A stretch of 64,000 bases of DNA, from the NCBI GenBank assembly GCA_037447605.1, contig CM074809.1:1168689-1232688 (forward strand), read 5' to 3'. This DNA comes from Zygnema circumcarinatum SAG 698-1b (lineage: Eukaryota > Plantae > Zygnematophyceae). Positions 36,775 through 50,700 of this stretch are shown one piece after another. Positions within the stretch are counted from its first letter, which is position 1. The number at the start of each line of letters is the position of its first letter. The notes beneath the pieces are model-generated. The model saw nothing but the letters and a program-made list of their open reading frames with translations. It was not told the DNA's origin and did not search any database. A program made the translations under genes and the position numbers.

Positions 36775-39168
36775 GCGTGTCCTCGAGCAAAGTCCGCATA
36801 TCTCGCACGGCATCCAGCGGTCAAGGTGTACAGTAACATGAGGACACGTGGCGGCTTTATGTGGAAAACTAACCGTTGCACTTGCACGATCGTAGAGATG
36901 CGTGGCGGCATGATCACGTGACACGTGGCATATTCCGAGCAAGAACCAAAAATCTCGCAAGCGGAATTCAGACTTGACTGTCCGCACGTGCTCGCTTACG
37001 TCAGCAGAGTTGACCCACGCCAGCAAAAGTAGAATCAGGTCAAGCACGATGGATCCTGACAACGCCGCCTTCCAGTGCCACGTGGCCCTTTCCAAATTAG
37101 AATCCCCTTTTTTATTCGAACATTCGCAGTAAAAAAATAATAATAATCACAATAATAGCACTTTCCCTTTTATTTTTCTTCCAGCGGGGCAATCCGCGGC
37201 CTTCCTTCCCACCCAGTTCCACGCGCTACTGGCCGCATGGAACCGCCCTGCCCGTTCGCCGCACGCCTCTCCTCGCGCCATTATTGGCGCCATTATCGGG
37301 GAGGCCGTACGGCCACTTGGCCTCCCGCCACGCTGTCACATGGCTGACGTGGCGGACGGCGACACCCCCTGCCGCCCTCGCGACCTCCCCCACCGTACGG
37401 CCACCTCACCGATCCATGTCTCACCTGGTTCCCTCCCCCGTTGGACCGCATAGAACGCCGCCGCCCCGTGTCCCCCAAGCGCCGCGGTGCGCCTGGCGGT
37501 CGGGCCACGTGGCGCCCCTATCCGCCCGTCGCGGCGTGACTCCTCCCGCCCGGCCCGCCCGCCTCCATCCGCCGGCGCGCCTTCCTAACCGTCCGATCTT
37601 CCCGTCGCCCGCTCCCGGTCGTCCGATGATACCCCCGCCCCTCCGCCTTATCCAAGTATCTCCCACGTCTCCGGACGCCTTTCGACGAATCGCGACTATC
37701 CGTCACACGTGCAGCCTCAGATCGCTTTCCCCGCCCTTGGCCGCCCCACGCTCAAGCGAGCCGCCCGCCACGTGGCGTCACGCTGTCATCCTAGTCCGGC
37801 CATTTCGTACAATTTCGTACGCTCCGTACGACGTCGGCGACGCCGGCCGGCGACGTCGCCGTCAGCGGCCGGGCGGTTGCGCGCACCGCTGGCTTGACGA
37901 CACGTGGGCTTGTGACGTCACGCTGGCGGGCGCTCCTTCCTTCGGTGCAGGGCCTTGGAAGGAAGGGCCTTGCAAGGGCTGCAGGGAAGGAGGAGCCTTG
38001 CAGGGGTGGGCTTGCTGTTGCTGCTGCTGCTGCTGCCTCGGAGGCGGAGGTGTGTGCGACAGGGAGGGAGGGGAGAGGGTTGCGGAGGGTATTGGAGGGG
38101 TCAGTCGTGCGTTTGTGTTTGCAGGAGGAGGTTTGCGTGCGTGCTTGCTTATGATGCTCTATTTTGTTTTTTGGTGGTTTCGTTGATTGGAGTCTCATTG
38201 AAGGCGTTTTCCAGACATAATTGTGTCAGGCATGACGCGTATTTCTGGCTGGCTCTGCAGTGAAAGGGGAAGAAGAATAACTGTTTAGTTATGGTCTATG
38301 CTGGAATTGTGCTTTTGCTTGGAACTTGTAAAATTATTGCGCAGCTTTCTCTGCATGTATTAGCATCTATTATTATAGTCATGCTTCTGCTTTCGGCATG
38401 ACGCCCAATCTTTCTCAGTCTGCATTTTCCTTTTGCCTCCTTATATTGTTTCTAATGCGTATATTTTTGTTAACGCTGCAGTCATATTAACGCGTTGGAA
38501 TGTTAAGCAGTATGGGAGTGGCCGTGAATTATCTTAAGGAATACGAGGTTTATTGAATTTTTTAAATATAGAACTTCTGTTGAAGTGAGCCTCGTTGGAA
38601 TAACATTAACTGCCTTTTAGGCTCGTCTTAATCTCTGTTCTTTTCTGGTATTTTTTTTTCTTGGATGCTTCAACCGAAATTGGTAGACGCTGCGCACAGT
38701 CGCAGGGTCCGGGGTGTCTAGTTGTCTGTAAATTGTTTGGTCTTTCCAATTTTTCCTTTTGCACCAGCTTGTGAATGGCTGTGAGATTCAGGCATAGGGG
38801 CTTTCCTATCCTATTCGAAGGTATCTTTTAGTCTTTTTGTATGTCCACTGCTCGTTTCTCTGCTTCTGTTCATTATTTTTAGAGTATTTCAGGTTCATTT
38901 TAAATTGCACCATCCTTGGAACGTGTAATTTAGTTTAGTTTACTTTAGTTTTATTGTATCTCGACCATAAGCGTTCTGCTGCTCTGATATTGCCTTCAGA
39001 GTGAGGAACCAAGGTAAACGCTTAGTAAAGCGTCTGGGAGAGCAACGACAGAGGCTCTTTCTTGGACTACCTTATTTATGGAAGCAATTCGTGTGTTACC
39101 TGAAGACGTGGAGCCAAGACTCACTAGATAACTCGATGTCTCTTCGATGCAGCTGACGGGAGGCCAAC

Positions 39169-42100
39169 ATGGGCCCCAAAAATTCAGCTGTGCTCAACCG
39201 CGGTACTCCCTCTAAGGAGCTCTCGTGGTTCGACCGAATGAATTTGAAGCTTGAGGCCCTCATCGATGTGGACCCCATTGTTAGCCCCAGCTTGCTGGTT
39301 CAGGTGAGAGTCTGCTCAGGAGGGGGTGTATGTAGTGGCATGGTGTTGCATTCGAGTTGTACTCCATGCTTGAAGAGTTTTTCTATGAACTTCTTTTTAG
39401 CCAATGGAAGGGGATGGCAGCCCGTATCAGGTAGTTTTGCAGCACAGCGGCTACAAGTGCAGAACCTACGCTTTTCGTGACGTATTTCTACAGTGCGGCA
39501 TGAATGGTTCCTGCTTGCTTTCCTTCGTAACCCAGCGGGATTCCTTTCATTGTCTTTCCTAAGCTCACCCTATTTCAATTTCGGCAACATGGTTGAGCTG
39601 TTTCTTTGTGTGAAGTAGAATTTGCATGGTTTAAGATGGCCAGCGGGAGGGAGTGGCTTCCTCTTATCAGAAATCGTGACTTCTCATCAAGAGAGAAGAG
39701 ATGCTATAGAAATACTCATATGCAGTAGTTTCTGAACCCTTACCGTCTGCCTATAAGCACGTAAGGCCCTGCTATGTGTCAAGGATTCCCCCCCCCCCCT
39801 TTACTTTTCCTTTTGTCCTTGAGGAAGGCAGATGTTCTCAGAGTTCCATGCATAACAGACGTATCTCGACTGATGGCAGAGCTTAGCCAAACACACTCTG
39901 GCAGAGACCTCTATTGGACTACTCAATTGGCAGCTGTAGCAAAAATGTTTCTCTGAAACCCGCATGAAAGATTCAGAGACCATTAAGTTTCATCTGTGAA
40001 CGTTCACCCCTCCTAGAGATCATAGAGTCCTCTGATGTAGTGAGGTAGTAAGCATGGTGAGTTTTTTGTCATCACTGGAGTCATTGGAATGGATCGAAAC
40101 GGAGGTTCGAGTTCCGGGAGCCATCCCTGTCTCCTTTCCTTCTTACGGATACAACTTTCTCCAGTCCGTGTCTTTATTTTATCACCCTTCGTGGATAATT
40201 TTTTTATCAGCAGAGCAACATCCAAGATCACGTTACAAAGGTCTTTGTTCTTTGCCAGTTGTTGAATAATCATACTTTGTGGCCCGAATGGTTACATTTG
40301 CTTAAAAAACCATCTCTCAGATCGAGGCTTTTCCATTGTACATCTGAGGCAAGTAGGAGCAACAGCAGAGGGACTAGTAGCAGCGAGTAGCAGTAGCAGT
40401 TTTATTGTTGAATTCCTATGTTTCTGTTTTGTAAGCGAGTGTAAAAGGATGCATGAAGGGAGCGTTATGGGGGAGCAGCATACAAGCCAATATGTGGAGA
40501 GCTCGGTGGGCTCTGTGGGTTCAACCATGCGCAAGCTCTGTGGCGACATCATGCGTGACCTTCTTTTGCCACCTTTCACGCTGGAGGGGGTGGAGACCCA
40601 AGAATGCCGCACAGAGACGCCGCCACCAGTCGAGAGAGAGGGAGAAATGCAGAGAGAGCGAGAGCCCCGGGAGGCTAAGTCACCTCAATTGCCAGCAGGG
40701 CCAAGACTCGGTATGTGGTGACATCCACGAGTTTTTATAGTCTAAGGGGAAAGGTAGCTAAGTGGATCTTGCTTTCGAATCATGTTTCACAGTTGTGAGT
40801 AGCAGCCATAAGGTTCGGAATAAAAGCCACGGGGTATAGGAGCGGAACTGATGGGCTAGCATTTGAAAGGGCACAATGAAGATGGATTGGAGGAATAGAC
40901 CTTCGATATGGGACACAACCGTGGGTTGGGACAATCTTACCAAATAGCGGGACCATTTTTTTCCAAATTTAACCTTACACGTTCTGGAATTTGCGGTAGT
41001 TTTACTCTTGCAGTAGAGGCCCATGGCGTGTACTTTAATTGAGCTCTTCGCGGATTTTTCGCAAGAGTTTATGGTATTTTTTGGAATGGTTACAAGATTT
41101 TCAATTAGAGAATTGTTTCAGGGAGAGTCGAATTTACTGAACCGTGAGTTTCGACGCATTTGAGCATTCCTAGCAAATTTTTATGGCTATAGGATAAGAA
41201 AAAAGTCAACTGTGAGATTGTGGAGTTTTGATGGGGATTCGACGTTGGTGGGGGGTGAGTTGCTAATTGTCTGGAAGGGAGTTGTCAATGCAGTGAGAGA
41301 ATAGGAGAGGAAACTTGCGAAATGAGTTAACGCGCAGTTGCTCAAAGAAAGTTTGGAATTTGTATTCGTGTTAGAATTCGTATTCGTTTCAAATCTTCAT
41401 TTTGTCGGTGAAAGCAGGTGGAGCAGCGCCGTCGAGTGAGGGGCGGCAAGCAGGAACAGTCGAATTTGGTCGAAAGAAGAAGAAATCGCCTCCTCTGAAA
41501 GCAGTTCGGATTAAGTCGGGGGAGTTGGACCTTCAGGGACGCCTCACAGACTGTGGCGCCAATCAGGAGGTGAAGGAGGCTCCGCAGGCTCTGGTGTCTG
41601 CAGCTGGGGAGAACTCTGCGGGAAGCAGTGGCGGCATTCAGGTGGCAGTGACAGTCACACAGCTTCTGGATGAGGCAGCAGGCAACATAGTGGTGGAAAA
41701 GGAGCGACACGCTGAACTGGTGGGTGCAAGAGAAGAAGTGGCAGAGTGGCAGAGGAGTGCCGGTGAGGTTGTCAAGGAGGCTGTGGATGTAACCGTGGAG
41801 GGAGAGGAGACCTTGGGACAGGATGGGGAGCAAATTAAGGTGGATGAAGAAGCAACTGTTGAAAGGGACCTTGCTGGCAGGCAGGGGGGTGTATCGCTGA
41901 AGGGCAATCCAGTGCCTGCAATTGGCGGAGCTGGTGACAGTGGTGAGTCGGAGCGGGGAAGGGAGAGAAATGTGACGCAGGAGCAGACAGAGACTGTTCA
42001 TCTGAATGAGCCCGTACAGGTCCCGACAGCGACCCTCATGGGCGCAAGCAGTGAGAACTCTGCAAATGGGAAGAAGGGAGAGGAGGTGGAAGTGAGAAAG

Positions 42101-42797
42101 GCAGCTGAGCCGGAGAGCATCGCTCCACTCTGGCAGGTCGAAAATATAGCAACTGCAAAGGCCATGCCGGAGGATTTAGCTCGGGGGCTTCAGTGTGATG
42201 AAGACGACGAGAGTGACCTGCCGGAGATTGGACAGGTGAGCACTTACGCGCCGCTGGAAAAAGTAATTGTTGACCTCTGCAGACGTGCGCATAGGCATAT
42301 GGGTGTTTGTGAAGGACTCGTTTCTCAAAAAACGAAACAGCGATGGACTCGAAAGGAACACTTTCTTCATCCACTTTCGTAGTAAGGAGTGAAGCGTTGA
42401 AACTCAGGCCCACTAAGTTCAATCCATAAAAGTGTAAGAGAGGCAGCGATGGTCAGAAAGGGCCAGCTTCATTTGACGTGTCTTTCAGTTCGGATGGTTT
42501 GTAGAACTGGAAGGGAGCATTTATAGACTGATTCTTGATCGTCAATCTCCCGTGTGTGTACAGGACTCCTGGGGTCCTGAGGGAGGGATCGCTAGAGAGA
42601 CATCGGCAGTTTTGGAAAGCAGTGAGTCCTCTGTATGCGAACTTGCAGAGGGGGCGGAGGCCCACGCCTGGTGGTATGTCACTGCAGACTATCGCCGCAA
42701 TTGGGGGAGTGGCCACAACAGTTCAATGATTTTTTTCCCCACTGAGAGCAGCACAAACAAGGCAGGAGAAACCGACTGGGATTGGGAGCTACTGTGA
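39169..42797 (+). CDS. Unidentified multi-exon protein-coding gene with a long acidic low-complexity middle; exon structure partly unresolved
   Basis: Start caacATGG: MGPKNSAVLNRGTPSKELSWFDRMNLKLEALIDVDPIVSPSLLVQ|GTGAG. Probable exon SNIQDHVTKVFVLCQLLNNHTLWPEWLHLLKKPSLRSRLFHCTSE (~40216-40348). Long exon within ORF 41402-42382 ending at a GTGAG donor near 42236. Last exon FGWFVELEGSIYRLILDRQSP..HAWWYVTADYRRNWGSG..DWDWELL* at 42797. I do not recognise the family. Confidence 0.5.
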
Positions 42798-44126
42798 AAG
42801 GACTGTGGGGCAATTCGGTGCCAGCTCAGGCCCACGGCCCCCCAAATAATGGACGATACTTGGTGGGAATAAGGAAGCAATCAGCTTCATCGGCTGGTCA
42901 AACTGTGTACAGAGGTTAGGTGTTGAGCGACTTTGTGAACTGCACCCTTCAGCCTGCACTTGAAACTGAGTGGCGATTGCACGTTCAAGGCACGGCGTTT
43001 TAGGAAATAGCTTATTGTTTGGTGGCTACTTTTAACTAACTGGTCGACGAGTAGCAGCGTCTTATTTGTTTAGGATTTGCAGGCAACTGCAGAGCATGTG
43101 CTTTTCACGGCAGCGATCCGAGGGACCAGGAGGGAGAAGTGTGCAACTTGGGATTGGGCTGTGGATTGGACTATGGCTAATGGGCTAGGAATAGGACGCG
43201 GAGAGGAGCCTATTGGGTGTATACTTTCTCTTTCTTTCTCTGTAGCTGCCGTATATTAGCACCGGAGACAATTAGGTGAAGTGTATACACTAAGTTGAGT
43301 TGGCGGGCGGGTTTCGAAAGCGGTGGGTGTTGGTGCAGGGCACCCTTGTACTGTAGTTGGCATCCAAAAGTGGTGCAGGGAGGGAAGACAGAAGCAGAGG
43401 AGGCAGGCTCAAACATGTTCGGGTCTGCGGCCATTTGTAAGCCAATGCCGAAAGGTTTTCTTCTTTCTCATGAGGGTTCAGGGCACCGGGGGGAGGAGGG
43501 GGGGCATCGTGTGCCTACAATGAGGGAATGTGGAGTGGAACAATGTGCACAGATTTTGGTCTGCTTTTGAGAGAGATGCATTTAATAGTTTCAACGATCC
43601 GAGATTTTGTTTAAGAAATTGATTACTTTACGGCGGCAGGATTCCAAGTCGACATGGAAAAACTTTGCTGAAGGGGTGCAGAATGGATACATTTCGAAGG
43701 ACGACCACCAAAGCAAATAAATAGTAAAAAAACCATCGTTGTCGTGGAAGGTAGCTTTACCATGGAGATGACTTGGACGAGCGACGCTCTATAAGAAGAA
43801 AAAAAAGAGTTAGCCGTGGCTGCTTTCCAAGAAAGAACCCTCAAACGTGCGCTTGTTTGATTGAAATGAGAGGAAAACTAAACGAAACCAATTCATTCGA
43901 CCTGCTGGAAGAGACCGCTCACTGCCTGTGGCATCTCCTTCATAGACCTAAACCCTAAACCCCAAACCCCAGATTTATTCTGCAAAACTTGGCACACGAG
44001 CCTTCTCCTTATTGCCTAAGCTCTTACAAGACCACAACTTTCAAAGCTTTCAAAACTGTGTGCATCTTTCACTTGAGGCAAAAAGAATCAAAGAATTCAA
44101 AAAAGCTACCGGAAAGTGTTCGCTCC

Positions 44127-47100
44127 CTAGACCTCGTATTGGATGAAGCGGCGGAGCATGGCGATGTGCCCTTCCCTGGTGCCGAACACGGGCCTCACCT
44201 CTCTCCCCAGCCATTTCTCTTCTTCTGTCCTCCTCACAGGCCCCGCCACCTTCGCAACAACCATCTCCGTTCCAAAGGCCGCTACGATCCGATAAATGCA
44301 ATTTCTCAGCACATCGGCCATGGCTTCCACTTGCACAGGCTTGCTCGCTTCCGTTGCACCTATACTTGACTCTGCCTTCAAGAAAGGGAGGCTCAAAAGT
44401 GCGAAAAGTGGATAGAAAAATCCCCCAGTGCTAGCAGTCTGACAAGTGAGGGCTTCCACTGCCTGAAGGCATGAGAGGAGGGCGGACATTACTTTGCCGT
44501 TGCTGCCAGTCAGTTGCGCCACTCCAGTCTTGTCAATCTTTGAAGAGACAGCTGTCAATGTCGCAGCTGCCCTTGCAGACCATGAGCACAGCTGCAAATT
44601 TCACAGTCAAACAGGTCGCAGGTTAATCTCTCGATATGAAAAGACAGAGCATGAACCAGCTTCAGTGCGTGGTAAGGTGCCATGCTTTGATCTCGGCAAA
44701 CAGGAAAAAGGGTTGCAAGACATTAACTTCAACCGAAGAACGGATAACTTAGCTCCAAGTTAAGGAGATGACTCCTTGCATCATGGCAGCAGTTCTGAAC
44801 TTGAAGATGAGCAACGAGGAGAGGAATCTTACAAAGAAGTCTCCAAACACTTCACTTGCAGCAGTGGATGATATCTCAAATTCGCTTTCTGGTACACGCA
44901 AGTCGTGGCTTGCCAACCTTTGTGCTTTCTTACAGTCGATAACTGCCTTTATTCTCTCCGTCAGGGAGTCCACATTTGCGACACACACATCAACTACTTG
45001 TGCGTATGTTTTCGCACTGTAGGTAAAGAGTGCCTCTCGCCTCAAGCTTTCCGCATTCGACTCGGCAACATAGCACAGATCCATTACTGCTAAATGGTGA
45101 ATATATATCGACTTGGCGTCCTTACGTTCGTACTCCAATGCCTTTAACAGGGGGTCATTTGGCCACTTGCCAGGCTCGTCAGACTCAAATGAACGACGTC
45201 GTGTGTAAACGACCTGTCGCAACTCTCCCCCCCTTCAACAAAGTCAATCTCAATTCACATACAAAAACACACACTGGTAAGAGGGTGGGGGGGGATAGAC
45301 ACGCATCCAAACATCTCCTATAGCTTTACCCGATACACCGGACCTAAAGAATCACAGCTTAAATAGCCAATTTTCGCAATTATAAGCTTATATCTGTACT
45401 CTTTGAAGCACAACTTCTACCCGATGACTTACTTACACCCATTAACGATTGCTACCATCTCCAGAACGAAACCGACACAATTAATCTACACGACATGTTT
45501 GTCTACGCTCCTGATCCTCACGATGATTGTTATTGAGAGTATGGGCCTATAGATTTTGTTAGCTCCCATTTCTGTGGACAGTCCCACACCTAAAAGTAAC
45601 ATTGATCTCTCCCCCATTCCCCATATTCCTACTCATTCATTTTTTTTTTTTTAATCAAAAGTCATACTGACTCTTACACTAAAAAAATAATCTCCTCTGT
45701 GTACGTGTGCCAACGCTAGAGTAATGATAAAGGTTCGAGTGATTACAAGTTAAGTACATGACATACTGAGAACTCCGTCATCAGTCGTAGCACTTACCTC
45801 CACCAAATGCGATCCAAAGTTCCAACAAAGGATGACCAGAGACGATGCCAAGAAGTTGCACGCCACTTCACGTTGCATCGACCTCTCCCCCGTAACTTGG
45901 CTGAAGAGCTTGCGCCCGATGAAAATAATCTCTTCAACCATAGCATAGGCAAGACCCCATTGACAAGCTGAAGATATATCGTCCCCGAACCTTTCTTTCA
46001 CGCGGAACCATAGGGGGCGCTACAGTTGCGAATAGCATCGATTCCACACAAGGAAACAACAGCAAACAACAAAACAGAAAATCCAGCATAAGTCCATGTC
46101 ATGATGACAGCAGTCGAATGTGACGAAGGTGGTTTTGATTAGCTAGCCAAGAAGAGGGTACAGCACAGCTTGTCAAAACGGACCATGGGCTCCTGTTCTA
46201 TGGTATACACTGAGTACTTTGCGCTTCACTCAGATCAATGGTTCACATCGCCTATCAGCAAATACAAAACACCTTTTTCCAAAGCACGTACCTTTGTTTG
46301 CAATTCAGCTGGAAAGTCGAGGGACAATACAATACAGATGAAGTCCCGTCACCTATCAATGTAAATATTCTTGAATGGATTTTACTTCCGGCTAAGCAGC
46401 TATCTCAAAGAAATTTGAAATTTGCAGATTGGTTTTGCCATAATTCATATCATCCTTTTTCATACGCATTGTCATCTCTCTCCTCCCTCCAATTCTTCAC
46501 TTGTTAAATGAAAAAACTAGTGTGAATGTGTTTAAACCGATACCTTAAACTATGATGACACATTGACGGCCTGAAGTTGTGAGAAACTATGGAAAGCAGG
46601 GGGGGGGGGGGGGGGGGGNNNNNNNNNNGGGGGGGGGGGGGGGGGGGGGGGGGTGGTCTCTCCCACTAGGTAAATTGACTTGCTCTTTTTCATTCAAGAA
46701 GATATACTGCAATGAGGTACTTTGATATAGAAAACCACTCTCGAAGTAGCCGTTTGTGTCATATGAATTCACTTGCACCAAGCCACAAAGTGAAGAACCA
46801 AAAAAACCATATTTCACATATCTTGCCGTCCCCTTGCTTCATAACAGATCCTTACAAACACATATTCCTACTGCCTCGCTAACAGTCAGAATCCTGAACC
46901 CTCGACCGGACAAGTAGCAGCAGCTTTTCACAGCAACTTTGCGTCCATTTGGGAGCCTCACCTGAATGATGGGAAAGGATAGCATCCACTCCCGGTGATA
47001 CAGATAGAGCAGCGCGTACATCAAGCCAAGCAAGGTTCCAGGAGGAAGCCACCAGACATTCTCAAATGTATTGCCTGAGGGAAGTAGTGAGGAAAATGGA

Positions 47101-47504
47101 AGTACAGCAAATATGGTCGCAATCGTGCAAAGAGCTGTAAACAGCAGTCTGTCCCACAGTGTCAGAAGTTTGCTAGCTTGAGAAGCCATTTCTGCTTGAA
47201 TCTGCTCATCCCGCTCATTTTCACCATTCCAGACAGAACTTAGAAGATATTTGCAAATATCTCCGAGACCGGCTGCTGGCATGTAGCATGGTTCTTTAAC
47301 CAAGTGGATACCAAACAGGAAGATAGCTTGGCCTATGAGGAAGGAGATCACAAATAAGGAAAACTTCGGGAAAGAACCAATTCTACTCGAATCATTCTGC
47401 AATATTCCTGGAGTAATCCAGACAAGGAGAGCTATAATGCTGAAAAGGAATTGCACGGACAGCAGCCTTTTAAGGAGTCGACCTTCTTTCTCTTTCGCCT
47501 TCAT
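44127..47504 (-). CDS. NDC1: Transmembrane nucleoporin NDC1
   Basis: Multiple TM helices, then LSFPIIQ|RPLWFRVK, HHLAVMDLCYVAESNAESLRREALF..TYAQVV, QLCSWSARAAATLTAVSSKIDKTGVAQLTGSN, AMADVLRNCIYRIVAAF..WLGREVRPVFGTRE; these match plant NDC1 as remembered. Confidence 0.8.
46619..46628. other. Assembly gap (10 N) within a poly-G run in an NDC1 intron
   Basis: n run flanked by long G homopolymers. Confidence 1.
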
Positions 47505-47768
47505 ACTACAACGCTCTTAAGGCAGAAACACCAGCTTCAGATACACCTTACAGCCACTTGACACAACGAATGCAAGAAAGGAGAGAGAGGAGAAGGCCGA
47601 GAAGGAAGGGCGGAGATGCTTTCAAGGGAGGGTCCGAAGGGACGCTCTCTCAAATTCGAATGATATATTCTTGTGTTCCGAGAACAACTTAAGCACTCGG
47701 CGGCTTCTCTCCACTTCTTAGATTTTGGACGTTCAAAAAAACTTCAATCGTCAAATTGAGGACTCATC

Positions 47769-50700
47769 ATGCTGCGCCATGGCGCTCTTCGCATGCGCCC
47801 ACCCCTGTGCAGGGAGCAGCCTTATTTCTCCGCTCACAGAAGCCTCGCTGCAGTGCCTCTCAGCCCTGGCAGACTGTTAGTTTTGTCACTCGGCGAAAGG
47901 GATGTAAGTTCACTTTCACAGAGATTGTGCTAATGAATGTTGAAACTGCCTTTGATTATTGGATAGTTGAGTCTTTCTTAAAGATCGAATTTTTGGACTA
48001 AACAATGTGGGAATGCCTTGAACGAGAGACACTCGACCTTCGAAAGCAATCACAGTAATCACACACTTTTTTTCACTGAAATTGACGGCTGGCATAATAG
48101 CGCGTGAAAGAAGTATGTTGAGGAAGCGAGCTTCAAGTTGTCGAATCATTGGTGTTCACAAATTGTAAAAGACTATGTCAAGAGTTGTTGCATGGCGAAT
48201 GACCTTGAGCTGCAAGCTTACTTGCTTGCCTTTGTTGTTGAGACCGGCAGGCATGACTGTTCTGTTGAAATGTTTTGTGAAACTTGCAAGAATTAACACT
48301 ACAGAGGGCCGGAATTTCAGAGTTTTGAAGGATTGGCCATACAGCAGGACTTCAGCAAATGGCTTCAAAACCATGGTCTTCCTGATGCCTGTCGCCTTCT
48401 CACTGTGAAAACAGCACCAGAGGGCAGGTAATATTGCAGCCTCCTAAGCCTGTTGTCCTGCTTTAATTTCAAATGACGGAAAAGAAGGGAAAAGATGCCT
48501 GGCAACGACATATGACTAAACGGCTGTGAGATTTATGTGGCAGGGGCCTCTTTGCGGTGGAAGATGTTGCCAAAGGAACACCCATTCTGCAACTACCACG
48601 TAAGCTGGTGCGTTCTGCTATATTCAGTTCAGTAATAATGAGAAGGTGACTGTATTTCTTTCTGTCGAAACTAGGTAGTCTTACTTCTGCAGTCGCAGAC
48701 TTTTTTATTCTTAGTAGCACGAGAAAGGGTCTATGTGCAGATGGTTACCCCTGGCAGTCTCCCGCAGCAGTTGCTGGACCTCCTCCCAGAGACTGTCTCT
48801 CCTTGGGCTCGTCTTGCCTTGTTCCTCATCCTGCATGGCAGAACAGGCCAGGTGCGTATTCCGGGAGCCTCACCTTGGCCATGTTTGCAGGCTTGGTATG
48901 TGGGCCTCTAGAGCATAGGAGCAACACTACAAAGGCCTAAGCTATCAATTCACTTCTTTGATTAGCTGGGGTTGCGCCGGGAGGAACTGCTCTTATACTT
49001 TAGAGGTGCGAGTCGTGCTGCAGGATTCTCCTTGGGGCACATACCTGGCCCACTTGCCTCCTGTGGGCTCCCTTTCTAGCACTGTGAGTCTTCTTTCTTC
49101 TTCTTTTGTTAATTCATTGTGCTGCTTACTGACCAGCTATAGACTATTGACCGTGTTTTAGTAGTATTTGTTTCGTTAGTGAAAGGAAATTCAGTTCTCT
49201 TTGTGTAGAGAAACGTTAGTTTTCGTGTATGTGCCTCGCTGGACTGGATTCGCTGTTGTGGCTGATGATTTTTGAGGGCCATCACTTTGCACATTCCTGC
49301 TGCTCCAACACAATAAGGGTTCCCGTTTGCAAATGACAGGTTTTCTGGAATGAAGCGGAGCTCTCTCTGCTACCTGCAGCTCTGAGAAATGACACGATGA
49401 ATCGCTGTCAGTTGATGGAGATGGAGTATCAGACACTCCTTCCGGTCAGTGTTTGGCAGTCTTTCATTCTGACAGAAAGGAACTGTCTGACTCCGCCGTA
49501 TTTGTGATGATGCCTGATATAGCATCTGCTGGAATGCAGGCTATTCAACACCACACAGATTTGCTTGATGGGCACATTTCTTACCCTGATTTCATACACG
49601 CTTATGCTACTGGTAGGTCCCTTCGTTACTTGCTATCAATAAGCCGCAGTTACATGTATGGACCTCAAATAATGCATGGTTTGCTCTATCCTACCATTGC
49701 CGCAATGAGATTTCTGACTCCAGTTGTTTAGGTGGCGACTTGCAATGTGAGGTGAAGTGTGCTCGCGAGCGTGGTGCATTGATCAACGCGATTCACTGGC
49801 GTTGGTAGGTGTCTGAAAAAACTTCTGTTATTTATTTATTATCGGGAACAATGCTTAGAGTCATAATTAGACACTCCTTGGATTTTCCGTGATTGGATTA
49901 CATGATTGTTTGCTTGTGTGCCCACATGCTAAGTGGTGAAGTGATTTTGCATTCTGACTCATTTTGCAAATCGGCATCCATCACAATGATAGAAAAGCTA
50001 GTTCTGGGCGAAATTAAGGAGGATAAAGTCGGAATGGTTGGTAGCAGGTGCCTTTTGTGGATATGTTCAATCACGATCCAAGCAGTCAGGCCTTACTATG
50101 TTACGACGATGACCTGGAAACGGTGGAGGTACAAAATGCGTTTGAAGTACATTTAAATGTAGTTGTGAAGCATCTTACAAGCAGGTAGTCAGGAAAAAAG
50201 GACTAGGAGGTCGAAGAATTAGCACGAGGGTTCAGCATATGAAGATCAGTGGAGGCTGCAGCCAATGACAGGTGTCTTTGAGTGTTTCGGACTGACTTCC
50301 ATCCTCAGTGTATCTTTCTATAGTTTTTTTGAGTTTGCAGTATAAAAACACCTTTCTTTTGCAGAGTACTTTTTAAACATGAATAAGAATGGAAGCATGG
50401 AACTACTGCATGAAGTTATCTTTCGTAGTTGCTTTGATTATGCTGAATTTGCTCATGCTCCCTTTTGTTGTTTCCTTGGTCACAGGTTGTAGCTGAGTGT
50501 AACCATATTGCAGGCTCTCAGGTGCCATCTTACCCCCAGCAAAAATTACGTCAGAGCTTGATCTCCTTTGACCTTGCATTACACTCGTAGCTTCAAATGT
50601 TCAGCCCAACGGACGAAGGCAAGAGAAGGAAGGAATGCTTTCTGAGGAATCCTGTTGTGGCAGGTGCTGATCAGTTATGGGGAGCTTTCAAATAGTACTT

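Noticed and set aside
37284-38198. 300-aa and overlapping ORFs in the GC-rich stretch
   Set aside because: Pro/Arg/Ala-biased ORFs are open in several frames on both strands, typical of GC-rich promoter or 5'UTR DNA, and contain no domain.
41342-42001. 219-aa minus-strand ORF
   Set aside because: It is the antisense shadow of the long plus-strand exon.
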